35,725 nucleotides of DNA from a virus (Duplodnaviria > Caudoviricetes). The position numbers and the translations under genes are program-made. Where the stretch lies: IMG/VR virus record IMGVR_UViG_3300033987_000045, positions 1 to 35,725 of that record. One strand, written 5' to 3'. Under the pieces are notes generated by a model. The model saw nothing but the letters and a program-made list of their open reading frames with translations. It searched no databases and had not been told where the DNA came from. This document shows, piece after piece, positions 34,270 through 35,725 of this stretch (position 1 is the first letter of the stretch; every line of letters begins with the position of its first letter).

Positions 34270-35725
34270 ATGGCGAACGTTAGTAAATTATCCATTGCCG
34301 CACTTAGAGACAGGATTAACGCTGGCACTCGTGAGGTGGATGTCGTCCATAATTCCAAGGCTGACGGGACTGGCACCACAGTCGTTTCAAAAGCGATTTA
34401 TGTCCCAAGATTCCGCATCCCTGCTGGTCTTTGGGATAACGGTGCATTTCCTCCCTACGACCTTAAACTGGGTGGGTTCTTGTTAGATAAATACCCATGC
34501 AGCCAACCCGACGCCACCAGTTCCAGCCGGGGTAGCACTACGGCAAACAGCCCGGGCCAGACTGCAGCCGTGTCCCAGCAAGGAGTCGTTCCCTGGACCG
34601 ATATAAACTGGGATAACGCCAAAATCGCCTGTGCAAACCGGAAAACAAACGGGCGTTCTTGGCATCTGGTAACCATGAAAGAATGGGCTACTATTGTATT
34701 TTTAATTAAGTTGTTGGGCCATGATATCAGGGGCAATAACAACTGGGGACGTGACTACCGTGACCCAGACTCCTGGGAGTATTACGGCATTGCCGACCCA
34801 GTCGTCGCAAGCTATACGGCCAGTTATAATAAGACTCACTCCCGCCTGCTCACAGGCACAGGCCCGATTTCCTATAGCCACAACGGGATGGCGAACGGCA
34901 TCTTTGACATCGTGGGTAACGTCTGGGAATGGGTTGATTTCCTAATTGACTGCGGCCGTTACCAGGCCATTAAGACTGCGGCCATTAACGATGCGGACGG
35001 CATTACCGCTACTGACACTGCCATCGTCATAGACAACGTGCAGAACCCTGAACTTTGGCCTGCCAGCAATGGTTTGGTTTTAATCAAGGCAGAGGGCACC
35101 AACACAGATGAATATGTGCTTTACTCCTCCTTCGTTGATAATGGCAACGGCACCTATACCCTTACTGGCTGCCAGCGTGGCCAGAATGGCACGGCGGCCA
35201 GCGCCCATGCCAACGATGCGGTGGTGCAGCAGATCACCGATTACTGCGTCATCCCTGGCGGATGGACTGCCAAGGTGGCCGATGCTGGCCTGAACAATAC
35301 CACCAGCCCGGCCACGTTTACTATATCCAATCTGGTTAACGGGCCTGGTTGCACTGGCCCTGCTGTAGGAGATGTGCTCCAGTGTCAAACTGAGCAGATG
35401 ACCATAACCGCAGTAAGCGGCAACAGTATCACAGTGAGCCGCGGCGCTAACGGCTCGACGGTCGCTGCCCATGCCCAGGGAACTGGCATAGCCAAGATAT
35501 CTCCGCAAATGAGCAATGATAACCCAACGTCCACAGACGCCACTTATGGAGCTTCACAATTCGCTAAGTTCCTGACGATGAGAACAGAGGCAGAACTGGC
35601 AGCACTGGCACTTCCAGCGACCGTTTCCTCTGGCGGAAGCGAGGAATGGAAGGACGGCTTTTGGTTACGGAACTATGGCCAGCGGGCTGCCCTCCGCGGC
35701 GGGTACTGGTACAATGGCTCGTATG
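34270..35725 (+). CDS. 3'-truncated receptor-binding protein with FGE-sulfatase/CLec fold (Mtd-like), probable DGR target; not in ORF track
   Basis: Translated by hand: open for 485 codons from ATG 34270 (GGAGGTG RBS). Motifs GFLLDKYPCS, PWTDINWDNAKIAC, WHLVTMKEW, SHNGMANGIFDIVGNVWEW, and it ends ALRGGYWYNGSY. Confidence 0.88.
   Translation, partial: MANVSKLSIAALRDRINAGTREVDVVHNSKADGTGTTVVSKAIYVPRFRIPAGLWDNGAFPPYDLKLGGFLLDKYPCSQPDATSSSRGSTTANSPGQTAAVSQQGVVPWTDINWDNAKIACANRKTNGRSWHLVTMKEWATIVFLIKLLGHDIRGNNNWGRDYRDPDSWEYYGIADPVVASYTASYNKTHSRLLTGTGPISYSHNGMANGIFDIVGNVWEWVDFLIDCGRYQAIKTAAINDADGITATDTAIVIDNVQNPELWPASNGLVLIKAEGTNTDEYVLYSSFVDNGNGTYTLTGCQRGQNGTAASAHANDAVVQQITDYCVIPGGWTAKVADAGLNNTTSPATFTISNLVNGPGCTGPAVGDVLQCQTEQMTITAVSGNSITVSRGANGSTVAAHAQGTGIAKISPQMSNDNPTSTDATYGASQFAKFLTMRTEAELAALALPATVSSGGSEEWKDGFWLRNYGQRAALRGGYWYNGSY

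Larger units (their letters stand above)
1..35725 (+). mobile_element. Partial tailed phage/prophage genome (HK97-type head, PBSX Xkd-like contractile tail)
   Basis: Uninterrupted + strand order recombination-replication-late control-packaging-head-tail-baseplate-fibre; no host genes; both ends fall inside genes. Confidence 0.97.

Noticed and set aside
303-35508. Minus-strand ORFs in the track (e.g. 22754-23431, 18790-19344, 9551-10078)
   Set aside because: They are shadows of well-supported + strand genes, with no recognisable motifs.
1-35725. tRNA, rRNA, integrase, att sites, lysis genes, reverse transcriptase
   Set aside because: None seen; intergenic gaps are too short for RNA genes and no ORF has the relevant motifs.

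Overview
The whole window is a co-oriented (+ strand) segment of a tailed phage or prophage, probably from a Bacillota/Clostridia host (AGGAGG/GGAGGTG ribosome sites, PBSX Xkd-like tail, Xpf-like activator). Gene order: truncated repeat protein; recombination genes (putative ssDNA-annealing protein, SbcD, SbcC); small accessory ORFs and an HNH nuclease; replication initiator with an internal iteron origin; DnaC-like loader; NDT-like enzyme; metallopeptidase; RusA; a DUF2292-like peptide with a terminator; Xpf-like sigma factor; ParB-methyltransferase; terminases; portal-MuF fusion; HK97-type protease and capsid; contractile tail and baseplate with a moron after the tape measure gene. The last ORF (34270 to the end, missed by the ORF track) encodes a CLec/FGE-fold receptor-binding protein that breaks off inside what looks like a diversity-generating retroelement (DGR) variable repeat. 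The best candidates for new biology are that DGR-target architecture, a DUF2292-linked antiterminator/terminator switch gating the late activator, and a hairpin that may silence the moron in late mRNA. No integrase, repressor, lysis genes or reverse transcriptase are visible. All family assignments are by eye from motifs and synteny; no searches were run.
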